59,381 nt of DNA, from the IMG/VR virus record IMGVR_UViG_3300037603_000091, positions 1-59,381 of that record, one strand, 5' to 3'. The DNA is from a virus (taxonomy: Duplodnaviria > Caudoviricetes). The stretch's first letter is position 1, and each line of letters opens with the position of its first letter. The translations under genes were made by a program, and so were the position numbers. This document shows positions 21,001 to 30,170 of the stretch, in pieces. Below the pieces are notes generated by a model that was not told where the DNA came from, ran no database searches, and saw only the letters and a list, made by a program, of their open reading frames with translations.

Positions 21001-21364
21001 CCTCGGCAGCGGAGCCAGCCCCCGCCGAGATTATCTGGTATGCAGCACCAGCCTGTTCCACGTTGGAGAGACCGAACTCTCGAGACTGCTCGCGCAGTCC
21101 CTGCGTCAGTCTGCGAATGTCAAAGTCGGCAGCGTCAACAAGGGTGCTGACCTCAGCAACGGCTGTGTTGAACTGGAGCGCGTTCCGAACGCCCGCTGCG
21201 AAGGCAGCGCCAACGGCTGCGCCTCCAGCGAAGCGAATGAGTGTGCCCTGTAGACTGCGGACCTTGCCGTCTGCCTGCTCGGACACATCTCCAAGATTGT
21301 CAATGCTTCTGGTGACGCGCTGCGTGCCGCTCTCGCGGACTACGATATTAATGCGATCAGTCAT
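18062..21364 (-). CDS. Tape measure protein
   Basis: 1100 aa, Ala-rich helical; GKTTVDELA core; GPGTSRSDSILARLS C-terminal motif. Confidence 0.92.
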   Translation of the reverse strand: MTDRINIVVRESGTQRVTRSIDNLGDVSEQADGKVRSLQGTLIRFAGGAAVGAAFAAGVRNALQFNTAVAEVSTLVDAADFDIRRLTQGLREQSREFGLSNVEQAGAAYQIISAGAGSAAEALETLDAANTLAVAGVTDVETAADGLTSVLNAYGDAVESATAVSDALFVGVRAGKTTVDELAGSLGRVAPLAATAGVSFDELVASVAALTKGGISTREAVTGVRGVLASVVKPTQEAQEAAERLGIQFNAAALESQGLETFLNNLITATDGNTEELAQLFGGVEALVPILALTGAAGEDFTEILRDLEDAAGTTEEAFNKIANSPGFQIDRLVANINTSFEEFVGVILQAAVPAIRFLADNIDEVFRVLTVFGTFIGVTLASRLIPVAVNAIRGFATSTALAFATNPITAFAAAVTAAVGVFVAFSDRIRLSAESSATALDLINVVLGRIANFAGSTFSFLGNLLTGFQVDLGNLSLAELVVNFGRGLDIIFANFRATFAAIETFVINSVNRLGRIVSDTLNQAVGLAENFVTGLNVIGRRITFQEVDASVVADFGLRFQPRFSDAGRTSGEAFTQEFEAAIQDGAGQRFAAGLLSDAEARAATRDSAAAAAAANVPTIAPGGTGGTSGSGSDASAALARAEAIGEVVTALERESDALQRTGLDRDVFLAQLSAEDSLRNALSNESLGLTQAQIDGQSRLTAAERERLDALIRGNAIEAQRQQFDEARGALIGQTIRDLEAEANILRVQGEERDDLNQILQVEAQLRQQLRRSDLELSEDEINRLSRLNEEQRDRVTGLREEIRVLQAREEIVNQFRNPQEEVNRQLSAANQLFQEGAISSEQYGFVLRDVNEQQRQFRIQSGDGTFADGFLSSLERMSGGIRSFTAESGRIFGNFFDTIGKGFADTIGAAVFDIDNLGESLKAVARDAISQLISSLIQLGIQFVANQILGATLGSAATAFSATQAGILSSAWAPAAAAASLATAGANAAPAAAGIASTFALTNALSAVPGFQDGIDRIIGPGTSRSDSILARLSRDEGVVNARGNNMNPGVVAAMNRGERVGGTTINNFNFPPGTDVESFRKSRRQLDRDARTRQESA

Positions 21365-21794
21365 TGATCACACTGGCACCACGCACGAATGCAGCTGCCT
21401 CCTGAACTGCCTGCTCCACGAAGCCTGCTGGCGCTTGAGCAGAGGATCCCTCGTTGAGGCGAGCGATGTATGGAAGGTTGTTTGTGATGTGGATTTCGCC
21501 GTCGCCTGCATCGTATGTCTCAATGACGGTTCGAGCTCGCTCCAAAGCCGCCTGAGAGTTGGCGCCCGAGGTGCTGCCGCCCTCGCCCGCTGCGAACGCT
21601 GGAAGGACTCCACGGGACGCTGAGCCAATGTCCACCTGCCAGTTTGACCGGGCTCGACCTGTGTCAACGGGGGTTGCGGATACAACAGTCTGAGTGATGC
21701 CGAGCGCGACCTCACGCACCACCTTGGGCACGTTCGCCTCCACCTGCTTGGCGCGGCGGCGCATTCTACGACTTAGATCCCTCAGAGTTGCCAC
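21357..21794 (-). CDS. HK97 gp10-like tail completion protein (probable GTG start MATLRD)
   Basis: TPVDTGRARSNW, NNLPYIARLNEGSSAQAPAGFV. Confidence 0.85.
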   Translation of the reverse strand: MATLRDLSRRMRRRAKQVEANVPKVVREVALGITQTVVSATPVDTGRARSNWQVDIGSASRGVLPAFAAGEGGSTSGANSQAALERARTVIETYDAGDGEIHITNNLPYIARLNEGSSAQAPAGFVEQAVQEAAAFVRGASVIND

Positions 21795-22071
21795 TTCCGC
21801 TATCTTCACCTTTCTTGTGATGGACTGATTCCATCTTCCGGATAATATGGCGAAAGTCGTGATAGTCGCTACCCCGAATGCCATGCACTTCAGCATATCG
21901 GAGTATCTTTGACCATGGAATAGGCCCAAGACCAAAGCCAGATGCAGCCTCAGTCATGAGATCTTCAAAGGCGACAAGATAGAACTCCATCCATGGCTCT
22001 ATCTTGTCTTCTAGGTCAGCAAGCTTCTTAGGCAGGCCACGGCGCTGTGCCTTGGCCTGCATCATCAGCAT
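21766..22071 (-). CDS. Tail assembly chaperone, frameshifted (GT-like) part
   Basis: GLGPIPWSKILRYAE; in -1 frame from slippery site at 22119..22125. Confidence 0.75.
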   Translation of the reverse strand: MLMMQAKAQRRGLPKKLADLEDKIEPWMEFYLVAFEDLMTEAASGFGLGPIPWSKILRYAEVHGIRGSDYHDFRHIIRKMESVHHKKGEDSGSGNSEGSKS

Positions 22072-22112
22072 GTTGGCCCGTCCCCCGATCTCCTGGATCA
22101 GGGTCTGGACCT

Positions 22113-22532
22113 CTAGGAGTTTTTTATGTCTTCATCCCGCACGACGAAGTACTCGTCGTTGGTGCATGCAGTCATGACCTTGGCAAACAGGATCTTCCCG
22201 GGACGGCCTGTGTCCATGAAGATGGCCTTCATGACCTCTGGACTATATGCCACCTCGGATCCATCATCCTGCTTGAGCGGACGATCGCCCCAGCCAATGA
22301 TGACAGTCTCAACGAACAGTTCCACGTCTGCCTCTTCAGAGCCAGTCAGCGTTCCCTTGTCAACTGCAAGAGACTTCTTCTTGACAGCGAGGTTCTTCTT
22401 GGCCACAGCGGCCTTGAATGCTGCATTGTGCGGAGCCGCCTGCCGGACGACAAGATCGAAGGTGCCACAGTCCAACTGGGCCTCTTCAGCAAGATCAAAG
22501 CCCCCAAGGGCATTGGAAAGATTAAGTTGCAT
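22113..22532 (-). CDS. Tail assembly chaperone (G-like)
   Basis: Between major tail and tape measure genes; ends at A AAA AAC heptamer. Confidence 0.8.
   Translation of the reverse strand: MQLNLSNALGGFDLAEEAQLDCGTFDLVVRQAAPHNAAFKAAVAKKNLAVKKKSLAVDKGTLTGSEEADVELFVETVIIGWGDRPLKQDDGSEVAYSPEVMKAIFMDTGRPGKILFAKVMTACTNDEYFVVRDEDIKNS
22119..22125 (-). other. -1 programmed ribosomal frameshift site A AAA AAC
   Basis: In-frame X XXY YYZ heptamer; -1 frame open into 21766..22071; GC hairpin downstream. Confidence 0.8.
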
Positions 22533-22564
22533 TTTCGCTCTATCCTCTAGTTCTGGATGACTGG

Positions 22565-22593
22565 AAGATAGAGCGATTTGCGGGCCGGGTAAA
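22565..22593 (-). promoter_or_regulatory. Putative promoter TTTACC-N17-TATCTT overlapping an RBS-occluding hairpin
   Basis: Exact 17-nt spacing; inverted repeat 22535..22544 / 22567..22576. Confidence 0.55.
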
Positions 22594-22594
22594 C

Positions 22595-24232
22595 CTAGCA
22601 GATGTCCTCATCAGCGAGGTCAGGCAGGTAGCTGAACTCGGAGAGGAGAAGAGTGTGTCCGAATGGCTCGTACTCAGCAGCGTCGGTCTGGAGTGGCAGG
22701 GTGATTGCCTGATCCTGCTCGACGCCCAGACGACCATCGCCCAGAGCAATCAGAGGCACGTCGATGAAGATGCCTGACTTGCGGGTGAAGCCATTCTCTG
22801 TGAAGTCCTTGACAAGTGCAACGTCAAGCGTCACGTCAGCATTGTCACGCACGGCCTTGACAGCATTGACAGACTGGAAGTATGCCTCGATCGAACCAGA
22901 GACCTCGAAGGTCCCAGGAGTGATGGAGAAGCCACCGAGCTTGCCGATCGCCTTGTCGACATTGGCTGAGTTGCCAACATTGAGCGTCAGCTCTGTGACA
23001 AAGGCAAACAGAGCCTCAGGAGCAGCGTCAGTGACGGCATTGACCTTGGCCAGGCGAATGCGGGAGAAGTCAGTGGAGGTGTTGTACGCGGTTGCAGATG
23101 TGATGACACCCTGTGTTCCGACGCTGGTTGAGAGACGAAGCTCGTCCTCGCCCTCCCCGCGCTGAACGGCGGTCAGGCCATCACGCTGCTCGTTGTCAAT
23201 TGACACGAACGTGAAGTCCATGTTGATCTTGTCACCCTGTCCAACGTTCAGAGCAAACTCATTGAGCAGCGAGCCCTTGAGAACCTCGGACTGAACGACA
23301 GTTGGGAAGCTGACAGGATCAGCGATGCCCAGGGCACGTTCGATGTGGTAGGTGCAGCAGTCAAACTCACTGGACAGCGAGGAGACGTTGCGAATGACCT
23401 TGCCTGTGAAGACTTGGATCGAGAGGCCTGTGCCAGTCTCGTTGCTGGGCTCGGTCTCGCCGTCAGCGCCACCATCGGCCTTGTCAAACTCCAGATAGTC
23501 CGCGCCGATCTCCCGGATGCGGAACCAACCGTTGTTCTCCTCGTTGACGAAGCGGTTTGCAGCCGCATCGCCGCCGATGAAGACGGGCTGGCCTGGAATC
23601 AGGCCGAAGGTTGTGAAGTCGATTGTGCCAGCAACTCGTGTGAGCCGTGCGCCCTGGTTTCCTGATGCAGCTGTGAAGTCAGCTTCTGCATCTCCCAGCT
23701 GAATGCCAACAACTTCCACCTTGGCTGCTGCCGGAGGAGCTGCCTCATCAGTCAGGTCTTCTGCAACCGTGACCTCGCCAGCGGCGACAGTTGTCACGGT
23801 CTTGAGGCCGTTGTTGCCAGCCTCTGTGAATCCGGTTGCCAGGAGGATGTTGCCAACGGCAACACCAGTCTCGATTGCAGCCTTCTCGTACTGCTCGTTG
23901 GTGCCGTCAACGTTGGTCAGGGCCGTCGTTACACCAGGCTCGAGCTTGGTTGCCAGGAAGAGACCCGGCCAGAGGAAGGAGACGTTTGAGAACGTCAGAT
24001 CCTGATTGTAGCCGCCCGCTGCGTCAAGATCGGTGATGACGCCCTTCTTGCGCTGTCGACCAGCATTGATTGGGTTGCGTGCCACCAGGGCAAGCGTGCC
24101 ACCGAAGTCACTGTAGGAGTTGGGCTCCAGATCGTACCAGACAGGAGCTGCGCCGAGTACACCGAGCGACTCCTCCTTGGCAATCCGTGCCTCCGTGGCG
24201 TTGGAGGAGATGTTCTTCGCTTCAGATGCCAT
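22595..24232 (-). CDS. Major tail tube protein
   Basis: LEPNSYSDFGG...VARNPINAGRQRKKGVITDLDA, YuA-like; position. Confidence 0.85.
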   Translation of the reverse strand: MASEAKNISSNATEARIAKEESLGVLGAAPVWYDLEPNSYSDFGGTLALVARNPINAGRQRKKGVITDLDAAGGYNQDLTFSNVSFLWPGLFLATKLEPGVTTALTNVDGTNEQYEKAAIETGVAVGNILLATGFTEAGNNGLKTVTTVAAGEVTVAEDLTDEAAPPAAAKVEVVGIQLGDAEADFTAASGNQGARLTRVAGTIDFTTFGLIPGQPVFIGGDAAANRFVNEENNGWFRIREIGADYLEFDKADGGADGETEPSNETGTGLSIQVFTGKVIRNVSSLSSEFDCCTYHIERALGIADPVSFPTVVQSEVLKGSLLNEFALNVGQGDKINMDFTFVSIDNEQRDGLTAVQRGEGEDELRLSTSVGTQGVITSATAYNTSTDFSRIRLAKVNAVTDAAPEALFAFVTELTLNVGNSANVDKAIGKLGGFSITPGTFEVSGSIEAYFQSVNAVKAVRDNADVTLDVALVKDFTENGFTRKSGIFIDVPLIALGDGRLGVEQDQAITLPLQTDAAEYEPFGHTLLLSEFSYLPDLADEDIC

Positions 24233-24679
24233 CTATTTAACCTCTCGGTAGATGAAGTCCGCTAGGACGTTAGACTTGAACCACGCGCCGTCCTGACCAA
24301 CCTCGTTCAAGCGGACATTGCGAAACCAGATGCCCGAGGTGGTCTCGCGACCTTCTAGAGCGTCAGCCGCCACTTTATACAGATCATCGCCAATTGACAA
24401 CCCTGTGCCAAATGGTGAGAATATCTCAACGAACACCACGCCCTCTCGGTCGAAGCATCTCTTGCCACCAGTCGTGCCCAGAGCACCCTGTCGTCCGGTG
24501 TTGTGTCGAACTGTGATTCGGACCCACGGCTCGGGCGTTCCACGGACATCGTCCTTGGGCTCGTCACCTACCTTGTCCCACCAGAACAGCTGATCGTCTT
24601 CGAGCCCATGGGCCTTGAAGGCATCATAGACCAGCTTCAGCATCTCGTCTCGGGCTTGCTTGAATGTCAGACTTGTCAT
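24233..24679 (-). CDS. Tail terminator protein
   Basis: PWVRITVRH...REGVVFVEIFSP; precedes major tail. Confidence 0.75.
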   Translation of the reverse strand: MTSLTFKQARDEMLKLVYDAFKAHGLEDDQLFWWDKVGDEPKDDVRGTPEPWVRITVRHNTGRQGALGTTGGKRCFDREGVVFVEIFSPFGTGLSIGDDLYKVAADALEGRETTSGIWFRNVRLNEVGQDGAWFKSNVLADFIYREVK

Positions 24680-25086
24680 CTCTTAAGCGCCGCAAAGTAC
24701 AGCACGATCGTGTCGGCTGGCTTCAGCTTCTCCCACTGCATGACGCGCCAGACCAGATTGTCTGTGTCGCAGATCTCATCATACTCTGTGAAGTCGTCGG
24801 TGCCATCCTGCGGCTCGATAATTGCAATCTGCTCGGGACGGGGCGTGAGCTGATCGAACATCTTCGTGAGTCCCAGTCCTCCACCAGAGCCAGGGACAAA
24901 CACGCCAACAACATCGGCTTCTGCCTCTGGAAAGATCCTCTCTTCACTCTGCGAATCATCGCTGTTTGCACGCCAAGGCTTGTCACAGTCGTCCGACTTC
25001 CGAGGGAGTCTGCGAAGTGTCACGGTGCGCCCGTTCTCACGAATGAGTCTGTTGGCGAGGCTCTGGAACCTTGTAAAATCAACCAC
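24676..25086 (-). CDS. Head closure/head-tail joining protein
   Basis: ANRLIRENGRTVTL; synteny. Confidence 0.7.
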   Translation of the reverse strand: MVDFTRFQSLANRLIRENGRTVTLRRLPRKSDDCDKPWRANSDDSQSEERIFPEAEADVVGVFVPGSGGGLGLTKMFDQLTPRPEQIAIIEPQDGTDDFTEYDEICDTDNLVWRVMQWEKLKPADTIVLYFAALKR

Positions 25087-25618
25087 GGAACCGCCGTCCC
25101 GAGCTTCGGGACAGCGCGCCTGACTTCAAGAACTGCTCCAGCCAGCGATCCGCGATGGGATATGGCCGAAGCAGGATGTCAATGCCAGAGCCGTCCTGGA
25201 ACTCTGTCTCAGTCTCAATGGGTCCAACCTTCTCGCGGGTGCGCTTGACAGCCTTGCCACTCTCGTCCACGGTCGGAGTCTGCAGGAGCGACTGACTGAT
25301 TGCGATCCGTGCATACTCTATGACAGCGCGCTTCACCTGCTTTGGAACGACTCCGTCCAACTCCTCACCAGCATAGTCACAGATGCCGTCTCGAGGAAAC
25401 GACACACACTGATTGTCATGCTCCCTCTGGCCTAGAAGACAGCTCTCCCATCTCTGTTCTATGTAGTCCGTGGCGACGACGATTGCGGCCTGAACAGTAG
25501 CGTCGTCTTGGGCACTCGTGTCCACACCTCGATCCGTGAAGTGGGCACGGTACTCCGCCAGTGTGATCAGAGCGTTTGCGTCGTCGACGCCTGTCCCGTC
25601 CTCTACGATGAATGTCAT
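25079..25618 (-). CDS. Head-tail adaptor
   Basis: FIVEDGTG..DAN, ATDYIE, SFPR, REKVGPIETE. Confidence 0.8.
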   Translation of the reverse strand: MTFIVEDGTGVDDANALITLAEYRAHFTDRGVDTSAQDDATVQAAIVVATDYIEQRWESCLLGQREHDNQCVSFPRDGICDYAGEELDGVVPKQVKRAVIEYARIAISQSLLQTPTVDESGKAVKRTREKVGPIETETEFQDGSGIDILLRPYPIADRWLEQFLKSGALSRSSGRRFRG

Positions 25619-25632
25619 GGCCTGTCTCTTTC

Positions 25633-26052
25633 TTACTTCTCAACGTCTGTAGCGCCATTGAGGATGTCTGTATAGCGTTGCCAACCAGCCCCACCAAATG
25701 CTCTGATTGCCCAGTAGATGCAAGCACGCTCAGCTCTGCTGACACCGTCCTCCCTCATGAAGGATCTCATCATGTCATCTGCTTGAAGACGCGTTATCGG
25801 AACCCATGTCTGATTCTCGTCGTCCCACAACTTCTGCTTCTCATAAGCCCTGTCGTGGTGAACAGCAGCTTCGGCGTATCTTCCAAGTGGTGGTATGGCC
25901 CACCAGAGGAGACGAGGCACAGAGGCGAAGTCTGTCTTGTAGAACCTGCTGACGACCGATGTCAGGCCATGCTTCCATGGACGCTTGGAGCCCTCTAGAA
26001 GCAGCGCTGTCACACGCCCCCGACGCTTCTCTCCTAGAAGTTCAAACTTCAT
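25633..26052 (-). CDS. DUF1353-like protein
   Basis: TDFASVPR.LW, AAVHHD..Y, ADD, YWAIRAFG. Confidence 0.8.
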   Translation of the reverse strand: MKFELLGEKRRGRVTALLLEGSKRPWKHGLTSVVSRFYKTDFASVPRLLWWAIPPLGRYAEAAVHHDRAYEKQKLWDDENQTWVPITRLQADDMMRSFMREDGVSRAERACIYWAIRAFGGAGWQRYTDILNGATDVEK

Positions 26053-26888
26053 TGTGGCCTCACCTTCTCCAGTCTGTCAATGATGACACTTCGAATTGTG
26101 ACTCCGGGAGCAACCTCCGCTGCGATCCAGTCGGTGTCCCTGTCAGCTGTCACTGCTCCGATGAGACCGAGCTCATCGCCGATGTCCAGGAAGGTGGCAA
26201 TCTCAGCCTGGTGCTTTTGGAAGAAGCGCTGACCAGCCGTGACAGCCTCCCTCTGGGTGTAGCCAAGCATGAAGGACAGGAGTCCAAGAAGGTGAACTTG
26301 GAGCTGGTCCATGATGTTCTGGCGCCTGCGAGATGTCTCACGGATGGACTCCGCTGTGTCGTATAGCTTGACACGCGTCTTTGTGTCGGGGTGGTCCCGG
26401 CGAGCTCTGTCGTACCAGGTGATGGACAGGATGCGAGCCTGTGCAAAACCGTCTCCGTCTCGCGTGTAGCTGTAGTCTTCCCTGACGACAGGCAGTGTGT
26501 ATTCGATCTGGAACGTGGCAGGGTTGAAGGCTGCCTGCTCGTGGTAGATGACAGTGGTGATGACGCCGTCAAGACCCATGATGATCTGTGGGTGAAGTCT
26601 CTGCTGAAGACCAACGCGATAATCGACCTCCTGGAACTGCTGACCGCTCTTCATGAGATCAAGAATGGCTGGCTCAGCATCAGCGTACGAGCGCCCGTCC
26701 TGAACATACTGTTCGATTGCAGACCCGACTGCTGCCTGATCTTCAGTCGAGATGGGGTTCTCGAACATGATCTCAAGCTGATCAGATCCTCTCAGGACGC
26801 ACCCCTGGAATCCTGTGATGCCAAGCTCCCGAACTGCGATGTCAGCGTCATGTGCGCTGATGTCAGATCTCTGGAATGTCAAGCTCAT
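26049..26888 (-). CDS. Hypothetical protein
   Basis: 279-aa ORF, ATGA-coupled. Confidence 0.75.
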   Translation of the reverse strand: MSLTFQRSDISAHDADIAVRELGITGFQGCVLRGSDQLEIMFENPISTEDQAAVGSAIEQYVQDGRSYADAEPAILDLMKSGQQFQEVDYRVGLQQRLHPQIIMGLDGVITTVIYHEQAAFNPATFQIEYTLPVVREDYSYTRDGDGFAQARILSITWYDRARRDHPDTKTRVKLYDTAESIRETSRRRQNIMDQLQVHLLGLLSFMLGYTQREAVTAGQRFFQKHQAEIATFLDIGDELGLIGAVTADRDTDWIAAEVAPGVTIRSVIIDRLEKVRPQ

Positions 26889-28039
26889 GAGATTCTCAGC
26901 GCGTAGATGCGCGCCTCCCTGATTGTTGCTTCAACTCCAGCAGTTGAGGTGCGCCACTGAAGATCGATGGTGTCCCCTGCTGTCAAGGCAGTTTGGAACA
27001 CGCGCATGCTGGGGTGAGCCTGGTCCGTTGCGGCAAGACCACCCTGGAAGTCAGCACCCGCCGAGTCCTTGGCCTCCTGCTTGTGCAGAGTGGTGATCAG
27101 AGCACCACCTGCCAGCACCTGAGCTTCAAAGTCACTTGTGGTGCCATCCAGGGCCCAGTTGTAGTAGACGAACACCAGATAGGTGCCGCTTGTCACGATG
27201 CTGGCTGAGCCGAACGTGGTGAACGCAGTGGATGTCGAAGTGGCTGGAGTCAGTCCTTCAAATTGAGCGACCTCAGCGACGCCCGGAACACCCTGTGGTC
27301 CCTGAGCCCCCGTTGCACCAGCAGGGCCAGCAGGGCCTGGGTCACCCTGGGGTCCCTGGGGTCCAACGGACCCTGCATCAACATCGGTGATGACAACCAG
27401 GTTGAAGTCAGCATCTGTTGGGACATCAGTGCCCGTGCCGTTGTCTCCGAGACGAATGTTCACATCAAAGCCCGTCACGGTCTCGTTGGCAACGAAGGCG
27501 TTGGTGTCTGTGAAGACAGTTGAGCCGCGCGGCGTCACAACCACGACATAGTTTGCGTCAGGAGGAGCCGTGGTGAATGTGAAGCTGAAGTCTCCAGTTC
27601 CATTCTTTGTGACCGTGACACCCACTCCTGTGAAGCTCCCAGCGGAGGCATCCACACGTCCAAAGGCAAACGCTCCAGGCGCGGCGTCAGCACCGTCAGC
27701 ACCAGCTGGCCCTTGTGGTCCCTGGGCGCCAGTCGGTCCCTGTGGACCATCGTTGCCCTGTGGACCCTGTGGACCTGTCGCTCCCGTTGGTCCGGTTGGA
27801 CCTGTCGCTCCGTCATTTCCCTGCGGACCCGCAGGTCCAACTGGACCCTGTGGTCCCTGTGGACCTGTCGCTCCTGCTGGTCCCTGTGGACCTGTCGCTC
27901 CTGCTGGACCCTCCAAATCTGACAGAAGCGCCCAGCCGTTGGCAACATCCGGATCGAATGCTGGCACCCGGAGTGTTCCCGAGAACGGCGCAGTAAACTG
28001 CGGCAGGCTTGGATCAGATAGCTTCTTGTTTGTTGCCAT
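26885..28039 (-). CDS. Collagen-like fibre protein (two Gly-X-Y tracts, beta domains)
   Basis: GPAGATGPQ repeats separated by beta-rich domains. Confidence 0.85.
   Translation of the reverse strand: MATNKKLSDPSLPQFTAPFSGTLRVPAFDPDVANGWALLSDLEGPAGATGPQGPAGATGPQGPQGPVGPAGPQGNDGATGPTGPTGATGPQGPQGNDGPQGPTGAQGPQGPAGADGADAAPGAFAFGRVDASAGSFTGVGVTVTKNGTGDFSFTFTTAPPDANYVVVVTPRGSTVFTDTNAFVANETVTGFDVNIRLGDNGTGTDVPTDADFNLVVITDVDAGSVGPQGPQGDPGPAGPAGATGAQGPQGVPGVAEVAQFEGLTPATSTSTAFTTFGSASIVTSGTYLVFVYYNWALDGTTSDFEAQVLAGGALITTLHKQEAKDSAGADFQGGLAATDQAHPSMRVFQTALTAGDTIDLQWRTSTAGVEATIREARIYALRIS
27700..27912. repeat. Coding tandem repeats of collagen tract (9/27-bp units)
   Basis: ggtccctgtggacctgtcgctcctgctgg repeated. 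Confidence 0.8.
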
Positions 28040-28040
28040 T

Positions 28041-28319
28041 CTAGTACCTCAGGAACATTGTGCCGTCTTCAGATAGAATCAGACCCGTCATGTCTTCCAG
28101 AATAATGCGAGACTCCTCGCCAAGAAACTCAACACATCGCTGCCCAGAACTATCAAGAAATCCGATCTCTTTGCAGTCCTCGTCTATGTAGAGAGTGGCA
28201 GCAAGCATGGAAGCTTGCACCGGAATAGCTCCGAATACAATGTTGCCAGTGCCTCCGTTCTGGAAGGCACTGACACCATCTAGTTCAATATCAGAGACAG
28301 CCTTGATGAAGCCGCTCAT
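28041..28319 (-). CDS. Hypothetical protein
   Basis: AGGA RBS, fills gap. Confidence 0.65.
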   Translation of the reverse strand: MSGFIKAVSDIELDGVSAFQNGGTGNIVFGAIPVQASMLAATLYIDEDCKEIGFLDSSGQRCVEFLGEESRIILEDMTGLILSEDGTMFLRY

Positions 28320-28331
28320 GGGCGGTCCTCA

Positions 28332-29138
28332 CTAGCCGAGGACGCAGACCCGATACTGGTTCGAAGTTGGCGGGTTCTTGAAGCAGATCCGCGCCGTGTT
28401 CGCATCCACACGCTCAGTCTGGACAAGAACGGTGCCCTGAGGAGCAGCATTCTCGTAGACCTCGATGTGGATGTCTTCAGTGTTCAGGTTGTGCGTCACG
28501 TTGAAGACAGTGTTTGTTCCGTCACCAATGTCAGCGCAGAACTTGAGCTTGCGACCTGCCCAGTTGGCAAGTGTCAGAGGTGTTACGGCAAGATTGTTGG
28601 CAACACCAGCATCAACCTCGGCCTGTGTCGCAATCTCGATGATACCAGCAACGGTCTCAGATGCAACCGGGGTGGCGGACAGGAATGAAGACCAGAGAAC
28701 GTCGTCAACGTCGATGGTGCCGTTGAGTTGTGTCTGGCGCCAGAAGGTCGAGGCGTTGGCCGTGCCCTCCTCGACAGCTACGATGGCCTGTTCTAGCTCG
28801 TCAAAGATGTCAGCATCTGTTGAGCGTGTGAGGGGAGTTGAAGCACCGTTGAAGATGTAGATGCCGTTCTGGCTCGCAGTGGTCTGATCCTTCAGGAGGA
28901 TGCGGTCACCAGACTGCAGTGTTACACCGTCAATTGCAGCACCAGGGTTGGCCACGTCCACGTTGCCTGTTGAGGCGGCGCGAACGGCGTCCTTCCACGA
29001 GATGACAAGAGCGGCGACAGCGGCGTCGAGCTGTTGAACGTTGACGGCATCCTGAGGATCTACACCGTTTGGGATTCCCTTGAGGGTTGCAAAGCCGTCG
29101 GAGATGATATCCTGAACCAGCTTGATTTCACCTGCCAT
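28332..29138 (-). CDS. Fibre/head decoration-like structural protein
   Basis: WKDAVRAAST.N, IDGVTL..GDRILLKDQT...NGIY, ASETVAGIIEIATQAEV, VTHNLNT. Confidence 0.7.
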   Translation of the reverse strand: MAGEIKLVQDIISDGFATLKGIPNGVDPQDAVNVQQLDAAVAALVISWKDAVRAASTGNVDVANPGAAIDGVTLQSGDRILLKDQTTASQNGIYIFNGASTPLTRSTDADIFDELEQAIVAVEEGTANASTFWRQTQLNGTIDVDDVLWSSFLSATPVASETVAGIIEIATQAEVDAGVANNLAVTPLTLANWAGRKLKFCADIGDGTNTVFNVTHNLNTEDIHIEVYENAAPQGTVLVQTERVDANTARICFKNPPTSNQYRVCVLG

Positions 29139-29189
29139 TGATCGACTCCTGTTGTGCGGGTGGACAAATTCGCGATGACCCTACTCTAT

Positions 29190-29636
29190 CTACAGAAGGG
29201 TGACTATCCCTGTTTGTGGCTGCTTAAAGCAGACTTGAAGAACATTGTTGTTCAAATGCATTATGGATCCCCACAGGACGCATCCTCCGAGATCTGTGAT
29301 CTCAACAACGGGACGGCGTCCAAAGTTGTGGACGACCTCCCACTTGTCAAGAGGAGAGTTGAACTGCTGTGTGAAGAATGTCCCAGCTGAGGCCCCTGGA
29401 GGCCCCTGTGGCCCAACGCAGGAGATCTGGGCAACCTCCTCGCCCTGCTGCTCGATGAGGATCTCGTCCTGGCGCTCGACAACGACGAGACCATCACGAG
29501 TTGTCTGCTCGATTGAAACGGAGCCAAATCTACTTGACTCGTTGATGACTGCGATTGCGCTGACGGCATCGAGCTCTACAATGCTGGGCTCGTTGACAAT
29601 GACCGTGCGCTGGTCGGAGACGAGCACCTCTGCCAT
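29190..29636 (-). CDS. Structural protein with short collagen motif
   Basis: GPQGPPG followed by WEVVHNFGRRPVV domain. Confidence 0.65.
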   Translation of the reverse strand: MAEVLVSDQRTVIVNEPSIVELDAVSAIAVINESSRFGSVSIEQTTRDGLVVVERQDEILIEQQGEEVAQISCVGPQGPPGASAGTFFTQQFNSPLDKWEVVHNFGRRPVVEITDLGGCVLWGSIMHLNNNVLQVCFKQPQTGIVTLL

Positions 29637-30026
29637 CTAGATCACCGTGATGGCCTCTGTGATGATCACAGAGCCTCCGAACAGCACCTTGCTGACACCT
29701 CCGGAGGACGTGTATAGAATGTCATAGAAGTACGTTCCAGCACCTGCAGGAGTGAGGATCTCTGTCACCACGTCAGCGTTCGCCATGTCCACCTGGAACT
29801 TGCCAAGGTTGGCGGCGACTGACTGATCGAGAGTGACAATGCGACCGTTGCCAGTGCTGAGAGTTGAGAGCAGGTTGCCACCAGCCCCAGTCTCGCGGAT
29901 CTGCATGGTGAAGGTGCCACCTGTCAGATCAACGGGCTGCTTGTCAGCTTGATAGAGAAACTCTTGAAAGATTGACTCGGAAGACTTCAGATTGAAGTCG
30001 AAGGTGCCAAGATCTCGACGTGCCAT
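29637..30026 (-). CDS. Putative virion protein (Ig-like beta sandwich)
   Basis: PVDLTG...MQIR...YFYDI...LFGG pattern. Confidence 0.6.
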   Translation of the reverse strand: MARRDLGTFDFNLKSSESIFQEFLYQADKQPVDLTGGTFTMQIRETGAGGNLLSTLSTGNGRIVTLDQSVAANLGKFQVDMANADVVTEILTPAGAGTYFYDILYTSSGGVSKVLFGGSVIITEAITVI

Positions 30027-30035
30027 CTAGCCCTC

Positions 30036-30167
30036 CTAGGTTCCGGGTGGAGTGGATACGCCGCGACGCTCCTTGTTCTTCTCTTGTACGCGCTTGGCCC
30101 AGAACTGCCTACCCCTCAGAGATAGAGGAGAGAGCAACCGGCGACCGCGTGGAAGCCGGGTTGCCAT
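30036..30167 (-). CDS. Small Arg-rich protein, 43 aa (MATRLPRGRR...)
   Basis: Hand-read ORF exactly filling the gap between two genes. Confidence 0.55.
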   Translation of the reverse strand: MATRLPRGRRLLSPLSLRGRQFWAKRVQEKNKERRGVSTPPGT

Positions 30168-30170
30168 GGC

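Noticed and set aside
27700-27912. Tandem repeats as CRISPR or non-coding VNTR
   Set aside because: Explained by Gly-X-Y collagen coding
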